Assembly (NCBI GenBank): GCA_031409335.1
Contig: JANNWY010000325.1
Location: 1 to 64,000 of the forward strand
Source of the DNA: Chthoniobacteraceae bacterium
GTDB lineage: Bacteria > Verrucomicrobiota > Verrucomicrobiia > Chthoniobacterales > Chthoniobacteraceae
Direction: 5' to 3'
Length of the DNA stretch: 64,000 nt
Shown here one piece after another: positions 26,324 through 35,545 of this stretch. The notes under the pieces are model-generated. The model had not been told where the DNA came from, searched no databases, and saw nothing but the letters and a program-made list of their open reading frames with translations. Position numbers and translations under genes: made by a program. Numbering within the stretch: the stretch's first letter is position 1; each line of letters starts with the position of its first letter.

Positions 26324-26722
26324 ATGTGCAATCGCTTTGTGCAAAAAGGCCGCGAGGTAAAACCGCAGCAAAACGCGACGGTGTTAATGAAAGGCCCAGG
26401 CGGGTTTTTCGAGTTGCCGTTTGAAGCTGTGTTCGGCGGTCCCGCCCGAAACGAGAGCCGGAATTACTGGATCAAAAAGGAAGGCGCGGAACCGGTGCTC
26501 GTGCCGGACATTTCGAGGTTCGGCGAAAAGGACAAAGCGACCGGCGCACAAAATTGGGAGGACGTTCCGGCGGGGTCGTCAATGGAGGGGCTGCTCCTGC
26601 CGCGTCCGCTTGGGAAAGAATACCGGCTTCTCAAGGTGGTGACGCAAGCGGCAACGCCTGAGCAAGTCGTACGACTTGGGAATGATCGCGTGCCGATTTT
26701 GCACCCGCCACCGCCGAATTGA
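26324..26722 (+). CDS. Short SRAP (YedK/HMCES)-like protein
   Basis: N-terminal MCNRF, ARNES and C-terminal NDRVPIL resemble SRAP MCGR, NARxE and HDRMPVIL. Confidence 0.55.
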   Translation: MCNRFVQKGREVKPQQNATVLMKGPGGFFELPFEAVFGGPARNESRNYWIKKEGAEPVLVPDISRFGEKDKATGAQNWEDVPAGSSMEGLLLPRPLGKEYRLLKVVTQAATPEQVVRLGNDRVPILHPPPPN

Positions 26723-26751
26723 AGGCGGAAAAAAATCCAAAATCTTTTAAC

Positions 26752-26860
26752 TTTACTGCACTTTTACTGCACCGAGTCATAAGTCGTTCAATACGAACGT
26801 GTGGAAAACAACGAATCCAAGTTGCACTTGGGAACGCCCGATTCCCCGAAGCGGTGCTTC
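26752..26860. repeat. Island right junction: TTTACTGCAC direct repeats followed by a truncated REP-like palindrome
   Basis: TTTACTGCAC at 26752-26761 and 26763-26772; CCAAG-TTGCA-CTTGGGAACG at 26817-26836 lacks the left CGTTC arm. Confidence 0.55.
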
Positions 26861-26949
26861 CCTGCCGTAGTTGGAGGTTCCCCGATTTCGCTCGGAATGA
26901 CGTGCTTTTTTGCGCGACTCATTCACATCCACTGCGACATCACCAGCCC

Positions 26950-27660
26950 ATGAAAATCGACGTCGCCCTGAATCCCGCCGAAATCGCGCGCCTGCACTCC
27001 CGCGATCTGGCGCGGACGACTTGCGTGGTTTTCGATGTGTTGCGCGCGACCTCGTCGATGATCACTGCGCTGGCGCACGGGGTGCGGGAGATTCATCCGG
27101 TTTGCACGATCGATGAGGCGCGGCAGCTCAAGGCGGACCTGCCGCACGCGATCCTTGGCGGAGAGCGGGATGGCGAATTGATCGCGGGATTCGACGTGGG
27201 GAATTCGCCGTTTGAATATCGCGAGCTGTCCGGGCGGACGATCATCACGACGACGACGAACGGGACCGTGGCGCTGCGCGCGTGCGAAAATGCGGACGCG
27301 GTGCTGGTCGGTGCGATGCTGAATCTGGCGGAGCTGGCGAATGAAATCTCGTGGCGCGACCCGGAGGAATTGCTGCTGGTGTGCGCGGGGACGTTTGAGG
27401 AATTCGCGCTGGAGGATGCGTGCGCGGCGGGGCTGCTGATCGGCGCGCTGCCGGATGCGCAGCTCAGCGATTCCGCGCACGCGGCGTGCGCGATCACGAA
27501 ACTTTTTTCCACGCCGCTCGCCGCACTGCGCGCCGCGCGCAATGGCCGGGCGCTGGAGGCGAAAGGGCGGGGCAAAGAAGTAGATTGGTGTGCGCAAGTT
27601 TCGCGGTTTAACGTGGTCGGCATCATGGAAAACGCCGTCATCCGCCCGATCGAAGATTGA
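26950..27660 (+). CDS. comB: 2-phosphosulfolactate phosphatase family protein
   Basis: VVFDVLRATS, LGGER, GNSP, TTTNGT, ALEDACAAG. Confidence 0.9.
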   Translation: MKIDVALNPAEIARLHSRDLARTTCVVFDVLRATSSMITALAHGVREIHPVCTIDEARQLKADLPHAILGGERDGELIAGFDVGNSPFEYRELSGRTIITTTTNGTVALRACENADAVLVGAMLNLAELANEISWRDPEELLLVCAGTFEEFALEDACAAGLLIGALPDAQLSDSAHAACAITKLFSTPLAALRAARNGRALEAKGRGKEVDWCAQVSRFNVVGIMENAVIRPIED

Positions 27661-28835
27661 GAACTGCTTTCGCCAAATGGACGGAGCCCGTGCTCGCGCT
27701 GCTGCCCGATCCGCGCGGCGTGCCAGTGCGCCGGCAGGCGACGATCGCGATCGTCTTCTCGGCGCTGCTGCACGTGCTGCTGCTGATCTTCGTGGCGTGG
27801 ATTTTCGCCGCGCCGCCGCCGCCCAAGATTCAATTTGCGCGCTCCAAACCCAAACTGAAGCCACTCGAAATCGAGCTGCTCCCATTGCCCAAGGAAGAGC
27901 CGAGACTTTTCACGCTGAGCGAGCAGAACAAGCCGGAATACCTCGACTCGAGCGGACTCGCGAAGGCCGACAAGCCGCCGGAGAATCCGCTGTTTGAAGC
28001 GGATCAGGACATGGTCGCGGCGAGCATGAACGCGCCGACCGGCGACCAGCCGCTGCCCTCGATGGATGGGCGAAAGGATTTGAGCTTCACCAATTTCAAA
28101 TCGCAAAACGCGCTGCTTGGCCCGAAGCCGGAGCTTTTCCCGCGCGACATCCAGCTCGCCGCCGCACCGCTGGCAAATGCGCCCATCTATAAACCGCAGC
28201 CCGTGCGGACAGAGCCGCCGCAGAAGCGGCCCGACACACCGGTGCCGCCGGTGGCGGAGAAGCCCCAGCCCGCAACTCCCGAGGATCTGAAGACGGTTGA
28301 TTTGCCGAATGAAAATCAATTCCCGATGCCGCCGAAGAAGCCGCGGCAGGATGAGCCCGCGCCGATCCCGCCGCCATCGAAACCGCAGCCGTCCGCCCAA
28401 CTCGCGAAGCTCGATCCGCCCGCGCCGAAACCGCCGGACCCGCCGAAGACCAACTACCAGCCGCACCTGGCGCAGACGAAAATCGAGGGCAGCATTTCCA
28501 ATCGCGGCGCGCCCGCGGTGGATGCGGTGCGCACGCCGCTCGGCGTTTTCAAAAAGCAAATCAGCGAGGCGATCGGCTCGCGCTGGCATTATTACATCAA
28601 ACAGCGCAACGACCTCGTCACCGTCGGGCTCGCGCGTGTGACTTTTTTCGTGACCAAGGATGGACGCATCCAAGATGTTCGCGTGATCAACAATTCCTCG
28701 AATGACATTTTCGCATTCGCCTGCAAACAATCCATCCTCGAAGCCGAGCTGCCCGCCGCGCCACCGGAAGCCTTCGAGGCGATGAAGGACGGGCGCATGG
28801 AAATCACCTTCACGTTCAATCTTTACCCCAACTGA
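27657..28835 (+). CDS. TonB/TolA-like energy transducer
   Basis: N-terminal TM with S..H motif, Pro-rich linker, TonB_C-like C-terminus; upstream of exbB/exbD. Confidence 0.8.
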   Translation: MRTAFAKWTEPVLALLPDPRGVPVRRQATIAIVFSALLHVLLLIFVAWIFAAPPPPKIQFARSKPKLKPLEIELLPLPKEEPRLFTLSEQNKPEYLDSSGLAKADKPPENPLFEADQDMVAASMNAPTGDQPLPSMDGRKDLSFTNFKSQNALLGPKPELFPRDIQLAAAPLANAPIYKPQPVRTEPPQKRPDTPVPPVAEKPQPATPEDLKTVDLPNENQFPMPPKKPRQDEPAPIPPPSKPQPSAQLAKLDPPAPKPPDPPKTNYQPHLAQTKIEGSISNRGAPAVDAVRTPLGVFKKQISEAIGSRWHYYIKQRNDLVTVGLARVTFFVTKDGRIQDVRVINNSSNDIFAFACKQSILEAELPAAPPEAFEAMKDGRMEITFTFNLYPN

Positions 28836-29536
28836 TGCTCACTCCGCTGCTCCTCGTTTCGATCCATTCGATCACCCAGTTTTTCGTCAAGGGTGGCGTC
28901 TTCATGGCGCTGCTGCTCGCGTGTTCGCTGGTGTCGCTCGCCGTGATCATCCTCCGCGCGCTCGCGCTGCGCCGCGGGCTGGTGATGCCGTCGATCATCG
29001 AGCAGGAGATCGAAATCCTGCAGCCGGATGACACCGAGGGCGTGGTGAAACTTTCGCGGCTCGTGCGCAACGACAACTCGACGCTCGCGCGCATCGCGCA
29101 GGTCGGGCTGCAAAATCTGAACTGGCCGAAGATGGAAAATCTCGAAGCCGTGCAGACGCGGGCGCGCAATGAAATCGTGCGGCTCGAAAGCGGCCTCTTT
29201 ATTCTCGAAATCATCGTCGGCATCTCGCCGCTGCTCGGCCTGCTCGGCGCGGTGTCGGGGCTGGTGAAAGTGTTCGCGTCATTCGGCTCGAACTCGGCGC
29301 AGACCGATCCGCACCTCATGGCCAGCGGCATTTCGGAAGCGCTCAGCACCACGATCGTCGGCCTCGCGATCGCGATCCCGAGCCTCATCGCCTACAGCTA
29401 TTTCTCGAAAAAGATCGAGATCATGGCGTCCGAAATGGAGTCGCTCATCTCGGAGCTTTTGGCGAAATGCTACTACCAGCGCCAGCGCCGCGCGCTCCGC
29501 GGGATGCCCGCGGAAATCCCCGAGCCGCTGCCATGA
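28835..29536 (+). CDS. exbB: MotA/TolQ/ExbB proton channel protein
   Basis: SPLLGLLGAVSG, GISEALSTTIVGLAIAIP. Confidence 0.9.
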   Translation: MLTPLLLVSIHSITQFFVKGGVFMALLLACSLVSLAVIILRALALRRGLVMPSIIEQEIEILQPDDTEGVVKLSRLVRNDNSTLARIAQVGLQNLNWPKMENLEAVQTRARNEIVRLESGLFILEIIVGISPLLGLLGAVSGLVKVFASFGSNSAQTDPHLMASGISEALSTTIVGLAIAIPSLIAYSYFSKKIEIMASEMESLISELLAKCYYQRQRRALRGMPAEIPEPLP

Positions 29537-29958
29537 ACTTCATGCCACGCCGTCGGCGGAAGCCGGAGATCATCATCGTGTCGCTCATCGATATCTTCGC
29601 GATCCTGCTCATCTTCATGGTGATGAATACGGAGTTCAAAGAGGAGTCGAAGGAGAAGCCGCAAGTCACCATCAAACTCCCCGAATCCAAATCCGCCGTC
29701 GCCGCGGAGAATCCATCCCGTCCGTTGGTTCTCTCGATTTCGGAAGACGAGGAAATTTTCCTTGGGGCCAAAAAGATCGAGCTCGATGAACTCGGTGCCG
29801 CACTCGCAGGGCTGCTGGAGCAGACCCCGCCGCCTCGCCTCGCCTTGAGCGTCGATCGCAAGGCGCCGTTCGGCGTGATGATCAAAGTGCTCGATGCCTT
29901 GAAAGATGCCGGAGTCGAAGGGAACCTCTCAGCCTTCACGGAAAAAATGCTGAAATGA
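29533..29958 (+). CDS. exbD: ExbD/TolR biopolymer transport protein
   Basis: SLIDIFAILLIFMV; DRKAPFGVMIKVLD. Confidence 0.88.
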   Translation: MNFMPRRRRKPEIIIVSLIDIFAILLIFMVMNTEFKEESKEKPQVTIKLPESKSAVAAENPSRPLVLSISEDEEIFLGAKKIELDELGAALAGLLEQTPPPRLALSVDRKAPFGVMIKVLDALKDAGVEGNLSAFTEKMLK

Positions 29959-30509
29959 TTTTGGAGATCGTCAAATACGGACATCCCGCGCTGCGCGCGA
30001 AAGGCACCCGCGTTGCCGAAGCCGACGCGAAGATCCGCAAACTCGCCGAGGACATGCTCGAAACGATGGAATCCGCAAATGGCGTCGGCCTCGCCGCGCA
30101 GCAGGTCGGCGTGCCGATCCAGCTCGCGGTGATCGACGTGGCCGGCATCGAGGATCGGCCGAGCACGATGAAAATCGCCGGACGCCCCGTGACGGTGGAA
30201 GAGCACATGCCGCTCGTGCTGATGAATCCCGAGCTGATGCTGAGCAAGGAAAAAGAATCCGGCAATGAAGGCTGCCTGAGTTTTCCCGAAATGAACGCCG
30301 AAATCGTGCGCTCCGCCGCGGTGAGAATGAAGGCGCAATTGCTCGACGGATCGACCATCGAATTGGAAGCGACCGGCCTGCTCGCCCGCGCGCTCCAGCA
30401 CGAAGTGGATCATCTCCACGGCATCCTTTTCATCGACCGCATGAACTCCGCATCCAAGGCCAGCCTTGCCGGAAAGCTCAAGCGATTGCAAAAGGAAGCG
30501 CGCGAATAG
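29955..30509 (+). CDS. def: Peptide deformylase
   Basis: GVGLAAQQ, EGCLS, QHEVDHLHG. Confidence 0.96.
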   Translation: MILEIVKYGHPALRAKGTRVAEADAKIRKLAEDMLETMESANGVGLAAQQVGVPIQLAVIDVAGIEDRPSTMKIAGRPVTVEEHMPLVLMNPELMLSKEKESGNEGCLSFPEMNAEIVRSAAVRMKAQLLDGSTIELEATGLLARALQHEVDHLHGILFIDRMNSASKASLAGKLKRLQKEARE

Positions 30510-30527
30510 CGACCAGCGAGGAGAACC

Positions 30528-31028
30528 ATGATTCAAAAGAAAATCTGCATGATCGGCACATCGGGTGTGGGAAAAACGAGCCTGGTCTCGCGTTTCGTCA
30601 GCAGCATCTTTGCGGACAAATACCTGACCACCGTGGGCGTGAAGATCGACAAAAAGACGGTGCAGGTGGATGGCGCGGACGTGATGCTGATGATCTGGGA
30701 TCTCGCGGGTGACGATGATTTTCAGCGCCTGCAAACCTCGTATCTACGGGGGTCGAGCGGCTACCTGCTCGTGGCCGATGGCACGCGGCGCGTCACTTTG
30801 GACATGGCGCTGCAAGTCCAGGAGCGAGTCGTCGCGGCAATCGGGGCGGTGCCATTCATCCTCGTGCTGAACAAGGCGGACCTCGCTCCGGAATGGGACA
30901 TGGATGCGCAGCGGCTGGCGAGTCTGGCGGCGGGCGGTTGGAAAATCGTGAAGACCAGCGCGAAGGACGGCTCGGGAGTTGAGGAAACTTTCGCGGACCT
31001 GAGCCGCATGATGGTTTCCCAAAAATAG
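30528..31028 (+). CDS. Small Ras/Rab-like GTPase (Rup/Roc type)
   Basis: G1 GTSGVGKT, G2 T (YLTT), G3 WDLAG, G4 NKAD, G5 TSAK. Confidence 0.92.
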   Translation: MIQKKICMIGTSGVGKTSLVSRFVSSIFADKYLTTVGVKIDKKTVQVDGADVMLMIWDLAGDDDFQRLQTSYLRGSSGYLLVADGTRRVTLDMALQVQERVVAAIGAVPFILVLNKADLAPEWDMDAQRLASLAAGGWKIVKTSAKDGSGVEETFADLSRMMVSQK

Positions 31029-31033
31029 TCGCG

Positions 31034-32131
31034 ATGCCTTCCGAAGATTCGTCATCCAGCGCGGTGCTCGAAGCTCTCGGATACGCGCTTTTCGTCCGCG
31101 ACGAAGTGGGTGCGCTGCGCCTCGCGGGCCATGCGCCGGCGTGGCTCGCGGAGCTCTGGCCCGCGGCACGATCTGCCGGCGCGGAACTGCCCGTCGCGGA
31201 TGCTTCACCGTTCCTCGAAAATTTCCTCATCGATGCCTGCGAATGCTGGAGCGCGGACGCTGGCCGCCGCGTCGAATCCGGACCGTGGGTGGAGCAGGAT
31301 GCCGCCAGTGGCGAAGTGCAGCTCCAGGCGCGCGCGCTGACGGTGGCGGGTCGCGCGTGTCTGCTGATCGAGCGGCTCGGCGCGGCATTTGCCAGCCAGG
31401 TTGCGGTGTTGCAAAAGGCGCGTGAAACGGTGATCGCGTTGCAGCGGCTCGATGCGGAGATTCAAAAAAAGGAGATCCTCGTGCATTGCCTCGCGGGAGA
31501 TTTGAGCGGAGCGCTCGGCAACATCGTGACCTCGCTGCGGCTCATCGAACTCGAACGGAATTCACCGCAGACGCTGCAACTCCTGAATCTCGCGATGCGC
31601 GGCGCGCAGGAGCAGCGGAGTTTGATCGACAAAGTGCTCGGCCTTTTCCCCGACGAATTGAGCGGGCTCTACGGAGGCACGGGCGAAATCCGGGCGCGCG
31701 CGAATCTGGCAGGCGCGCTGAATCTCTCGATTGAAAAAGTGACGGCGAGCTTTTCCGAGAAAGGCGTGCGTCTGGCAAAGCCGGATGCACTCGGCGATGA
31801 GATCGCTGTGGTCGCGGACTCCGCCCATATCGAGCGCGTGCTGGAAAATCTTTTGCGCAACGCGCTCGAACACACCCCGACCGGCGCCGAGGTCGCCGCG
31901 CGCGTCTCGGAAGAAGCGGACGCTGTGCTGGTGATGATCGAGTTTCCGCACGAAGCCCCACTCACGTCGCGATCCGCTCCTTCGAGCGCGCCGACCCCGG
32001 AGGTTTTGCTGCGGATGCGTTTTTGCCGGATCGCGCTGGAGAGTTGTCACGGCGAGATGGGGTCGCGGCCGCGCGAAGGCGGGGGGACTTGCGTGTGGGT
32101 GCGGCTGCCGAAATGGGGCTCGTCTGAATGA
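31034..32131 (+). CDS. Histidine kinase-like protein, degenerate
   Basis: DHp-like helices and N-box (ENLLRNALEH) present; G1 and G2 boxes not recognisable. Confidence 0.7.
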   Translation: MPSEDSSSSAVLEALGYALFVRDEVGALRLAGHAPAWLAELWPAARSAGAELPVADASPFLENFLIDACECWSADAGRRVESGPWVEQDAASGEVQLQARALTVAGRACLLIERLGAAFASQVAVLQKARETVIALQRLDAEIQKKEILVHCLAGDLSGALGNIVTSLRLIELERNSPQTLQLLNLAMRGAQEQRSLIDKVLGLFPDELSGLYGGTGEIRARANLAGALNLSIEKVTASFSEKGVRLAKPDALGDEIAVVADSAHIERVLENLLRNALEHTPTGAEVAARVSEEADAVLVMIEFPHEAPLTSRSAPSSAPTPEVLLRMRFCRIALESCHGEMGSRPREGGGTCVWVRLPKWGSSE

Positions 32132-33444
32132 AGACGATCGTCGTCATCGAAAACGATGCGCTTTCGCGAGCACTGGTTTCGCAATGCCTGGCGGGCAAAG
32201 GCTGGCGCGTGCTGGAGGCGGAAAATGGCGAGTCGGGAATGGAACTCGTGACCAAGCACAGGCCAGCCGCAGTGCTGTGCGACATTCGCACCATGCGGTT
32301 CAACGGATTCAAGGTGTGCCGCCTGATTCGCGAACACAGCGAACTCAAAAAGACGACCGTCATCCTCTCCACCGCGAGCCATTTTCTCAATGACCGCGAG
32401 ACGGCCCTCCAAAGCGGTGCGGACGCGTTTCTCGTAAAGCCGATCCTGCCGCCCGATCTCTGGCGCATCCTCGATTCGTGCGCTGACGATCCGGTCGTCG
32501 CTCCCGATCCGCGAATCGATAAAGCAACCATCGGCCCGACCACGATCCGTTTTTGGGGAGTGCGCGGCTCGATCCCGACGCCGGGGCCGGACACGTCGAA
32601 TTTCGGCGGCAACACGTCGTGCGTGGAAGTCCGTGTCGGCGGCCAGGTGCTGATCCTCGATGCGGGTTCCGGCATTCGGAAGCTCGGGCAATCGCTCGCC
32701 GAGGAATTCCGCGACCGGCACCTGAACATCACCCTGCTCGTCTCGCACACGCACTGGGATCACATTCAGGGATTCCCCTTTTTCATGCCGGCCTACAGCC
32801 GGCGCGTGAATGTGCGCATCCTCGGCTACGGCGGCGCGGTACATGGATTGCGCGGCGCGCTTTTTGAGCAAATGCAGAGCGCGTTTTTCCCAGTCGGGCT
32901 CGATCGCATGGCGAGTCACGTCACCTTCGAGGAAGTCAGCGGCGCGCCGTTTCAGATCGGCGCAGTCAGTGTCCGGACGATCTTCGCAAATCATCCGGGA
33001 ATCTGCATCGGCTACCGGCTTTCGACTCCCGACGGCGACATCGTCTATCTTCCCGATCACGAGGCCTACGAGCGAAACGAGGTGGAGCGGCAAAAGGCGA
33101 AGGGTGAGTCGTCGCACAACAGCCTCGAATACGCGCGCATGGAGGATGAGAAGGTCACCGAATTCATGCGAGACGCCGATGTGATCATCGCCGACTCGCA
33201 GTACGACGAGGTGGAATATGCGGCGCGTGTCGGATGGGGGCACATGTGCGCGGATGACACGGTGCAACTCGCGGCGCGCGCCCATGCAAAGCGGTTGTTC
33301 CTCTTCCATCACGACCCCGATCATCGCGATCAAAAGATCTCCGAAATGCTCGCGCGCGCGCAGGCGCGGGCGGCGGCGATCGGCTCACCGCTGCTGGTGG
33401 ACGCCGCGCAGGAGGGAGCCACGGTTTCATTAAAGACTGAGTGA
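32128..33444 (+). CDS. Response regulator (REC) fused to MBL-fold metallohydrolase
   Basis: REC with Asp (LCD) and KP; FWGVRGSIP, GGNTSCVE, HTHWDH, FHHDP. Confidence 0.9.
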   Translation: MKTIVVIENDALSRALVSQCLAGKGWRVLEAENGESGMELVTKHRPAAVLCDIRTMRFNGFKVCRLIREHSELKKTTVILSTASHFLNDRETALQSGADAFLVKPILPPDLWRILDSCADDPVVAPDPRIDKATIGPTTIRFWGVRGSIPTPGPDTSNFGGNTSCVEVRVGGQVLILDAGSGIRKLGQSLAEEFRDRHLNITLLVSHTHWDHIQGFPFFMPAYSRRVNVRILGYGGAVHGLRGALFEQMQSAFFPVGLDRMASHVTFEEVSGAPFQIGAVSVRTIFANHPGICIGYRLSTPDGDIVYLPDHEAYERNEVERQKAKGESSHNSLEYARMEDEKVTEFMRDADVIIADSQYDEVEYAARVGWGHMCADDTVQLAARAHAKRLFLFHHDPDHRDQKISEMLARAQARAAAIGSPLLVDAAQEGATVSLKTE

Positions 33445-33466
33445 TATTCGCGCAAACGCGTCCACC

Positions 33467-34870
33467 GTGCGCCTCTCCGTGAAAATGTTCCCCGCATTTC
33501 GATTCGCCGCCATTGCCTGCGTCCTCGCGGTCCTATCGCAGGCTGTGCTGCGCGCCGCGGTGCCGCGGCGTCTGCTGGTGATCGCCCCCGAGGCGTGGAT
33601 GCCGATCCTCTCGGATTTCATGGCGTTCAAGGCATCGCAACTGCCCTCGCAATTGCGCTCGCTGGAAAGCGTTCTCCGATCAACGAGCGGTGTCGATGAC
33701 CCGGAGAAATTGAAACGGTTTTTCCATCATGAATGGCGGGCCGGGCGCCTCGATTACGTGCTCCTGGTCGGGGATGTGGATGTGATGCCAGTGCGCTTCA
33801 TGGTGCTGGATCGCGTGTCACCGGCGGCGTTCGACTACGCATTCTACCCCAGCGATCTTTACTACGCCGACCTGGCCAGGCGCGATGGGTCTTTTGATGA
33901 CTGGAACGCGCGCAAGGATTCGTATCACGCCCGCTATTTCGGAGAGGTGCGCGGCGAGAAGAACAAGGACGATCGCATCAACTTCGATGGCGTGGACTAT
34001 CTGCCGGAAATCGCGGTGGGCCGATGGCCGGTGAGCACGACGGCGGACGCGCGACTGGTGGCGTGGAAGTCGGTCGAATATGAAACGGCGGTATTGCGCG
34101 ACACCAGCCCGCATCTGCGCCGCGCGGCCTTTGCGGCTGTCGGCGGATGGGTGGATAGCCGCGGCTTGATGGATCGGCTTGCCGCAAAACTCGCGAACCC
34201 GTGGCAGATCGAAAAGCGGTACTTTTCCGACCGGCGTCGCGAATCCGGCACACCACCACCGACCCACAAGGAGTTGCGGCTGCTCTTGAACGAAGGGGTC
34301 GGGCTCGCCGTACACGCGGGGCATGGACAAACGGATGCTTGGGAGCAATGCCTGTCCATTCGCGGCCTCGAAAACATCTCGAATTCCACGGTGTTGCCAG
34401 TCGTGATTTCCGCCGGATGCAGCACGGCCTACTTCACAACCCTCCCACCTTACGAACCCTATCTCGATGCCGATGGCAGGGAACACGAAGGCTTGGATCG
34501 CGGTGAACTTTTCACCTCGCCTCCTTCCCCGCCCTCGCCATACCAGCGCGGGCGATTCAACCCCACCGGACTCGGCGAGCAACTCCTCAAGCGCAGCGCA
34601 AACGGGGCCGTGGCATACATCGGCTGCGTTACCGGCAGCCAGCCGAGCGGTCTGACCCTTGTCGAAGGCTTTGTCTCTTCGGTCTCGCAATTGAAGAAGC
34701 CGCGTCTCGGGGACTGCTGGACGGAGGCGATTCACTACTATTTTGAAAAGGAAAAGCTCGCCACACTCACGCCCAACGCAGCCTGGTATCCACCGAGTGT
34801 TTTCTTTCAGGGAATGAAGTTCATGGTCTTTGGTGACCCCAGCCTGCGCCTTCCAGAAAATAGCCGATGA
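33467..34870 (+). CDS. C25 (gingipain-like) cysteine peptidase family protein
   Basis: Signal peptide; YVLLVGD, SDLYYAD, EIAVGRWP, HAGHG, SAGCST, FGDPSL; start may be 33485. Confidence 0.8.
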   Translation: MRLSVKMFPAFRFAAIACVLAVLSQAVLRAAVPRRLLVIAPEAWMPILSDFMAFKASQLPSQLRSLESVLRSTSGVDDPEKLKRFFHHEWRAGRLDYVLLVGDVDVMPVRFMVLDRVSPAAFDYAFYPSDLYYADLARRDGSFDDWNARKDSYHARYFGEVRGEKNKDDRINFDGVDYLPEIAVGRWPVSTTADARLVAWKSVEYETAVLRDTSPHLRRAAFAAVGGWVDSRGLMDRLAAKLANPWQIEKRYFSDRRRESGTPPPTHKELRLLLNEGVGLAVHAGHGQTDAWEQCLSIRGLENISNSTVLPVVISAGCSTAYFTTLPPYEPYLDADGREHEGLDRGELFTSPPSPPSPYQRGRFNPTGLGEQLLKRSANGAVAYIGCVTGSQPSGLTLVEGFVSSVSQLKKPRLGDCWTEAIHYYFEKEKLATLTPNAAWYPPSVFFQGMKFMVFGDPSLRLPENSR

Positions 34871-35532
34871 GGTTGTGCCTTGGTCTCTTCCAGCGCCGGC
34901 AATGCGTCGTGCCAACCCTGCGCGGATGGCTGCTCATGCTCCTCGTCGCGGGCGCGCTGGCAGTGACGGTGGTCCGTGGTATCCACCCATTCCTCGCAGT
35001 ACACGACCCTAAACCCGGAGGAGTGCTGGTGGTGGAAGGCTGGAGCTCCGAGGAATCCATGCGCGACGTCATCAATGAATTCAAACTCAATCACTACGAT
35101 GCCATCTATTCGATCGGCGGACCCATCGAGGACAGCTCGCCTTTGGCGCAATACAAGACCTTCGCGGAATACGGCGCGGTGGTCCTGACCGGGCTTGGCT
35201 GCGATCCAAAGGTGGTGCATGCGATACCCACGCCGAGAGTGGTGAAAGATCGCACTTACTCATCAGCGGTGGCCTTGAAGGCATGGCTCAAGAGCAAAGG
35301 CATCCCGGCGACTACCGTGAATGTTTACTCGACAGGAACCCACGCAAGGCGTTCGCGATTGCTGTTCCAGAAAGCCTTTGGCGATGAGGCTCAGATTGGC
35401 GTCGTGGCCAGCGAGAACCGCGAATTCGACCCACGCCGCTGGTGGACATCCAGCGTCGGCTTTCGCAATGTGACGAGCGAGGCGATCGCCTATTGCTACG
35501 CACGGTGCCTTTTCCACCCTCCGGCGGAATGA
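34867..35532 (+). CDS. YdcF/ElyC (DUF218) family protein
   Basis: N-terminal TM; DRTYSSA, HARRSRLLF, terminal SE motif. Confidence 0.75.
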   Translation: MRLCLGLFQRRQCVVPTLRGWLLMLLVAGALAVTVVRGIHPFLAVHDPKPGGVLVVEGWSSEESMRDVINEFKLNHYDAIYSIGGPIEDSSPLAQYKTFAEYGAVVLTGLGCDPKVVHAIPTPRVVKDRTYSSAVALKAWLKSKGIPATTVNVYSTGTHARRSRLLFQKAFGDEAQIGVVASENREFDPRRWWTSSVGFRNVTSEAIAYCYARCLFHPPAE

Positions 35533-35545
35533 CCGCCCGAATCCG

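Larger units (their letters stand above)
1..26816. mobile_element. Composite integrative/mobilizable genomic island (left end outside window)
   Basis: Contains ArdC, relaxase, T4CP, AlpA, tyrosine integrase, att-like sites, TA and R-M cargo; visibly lower GC than the DNA after about 26.9 kb, where housekeeping genes start. Confidence 0.85.

Noticed and set aside
26719..26949. N-terminal extension of comB across the island junction
   Set aside because: The family-like sequence starts at MKIDV (26950); the extension spans repeat and junction DNA.
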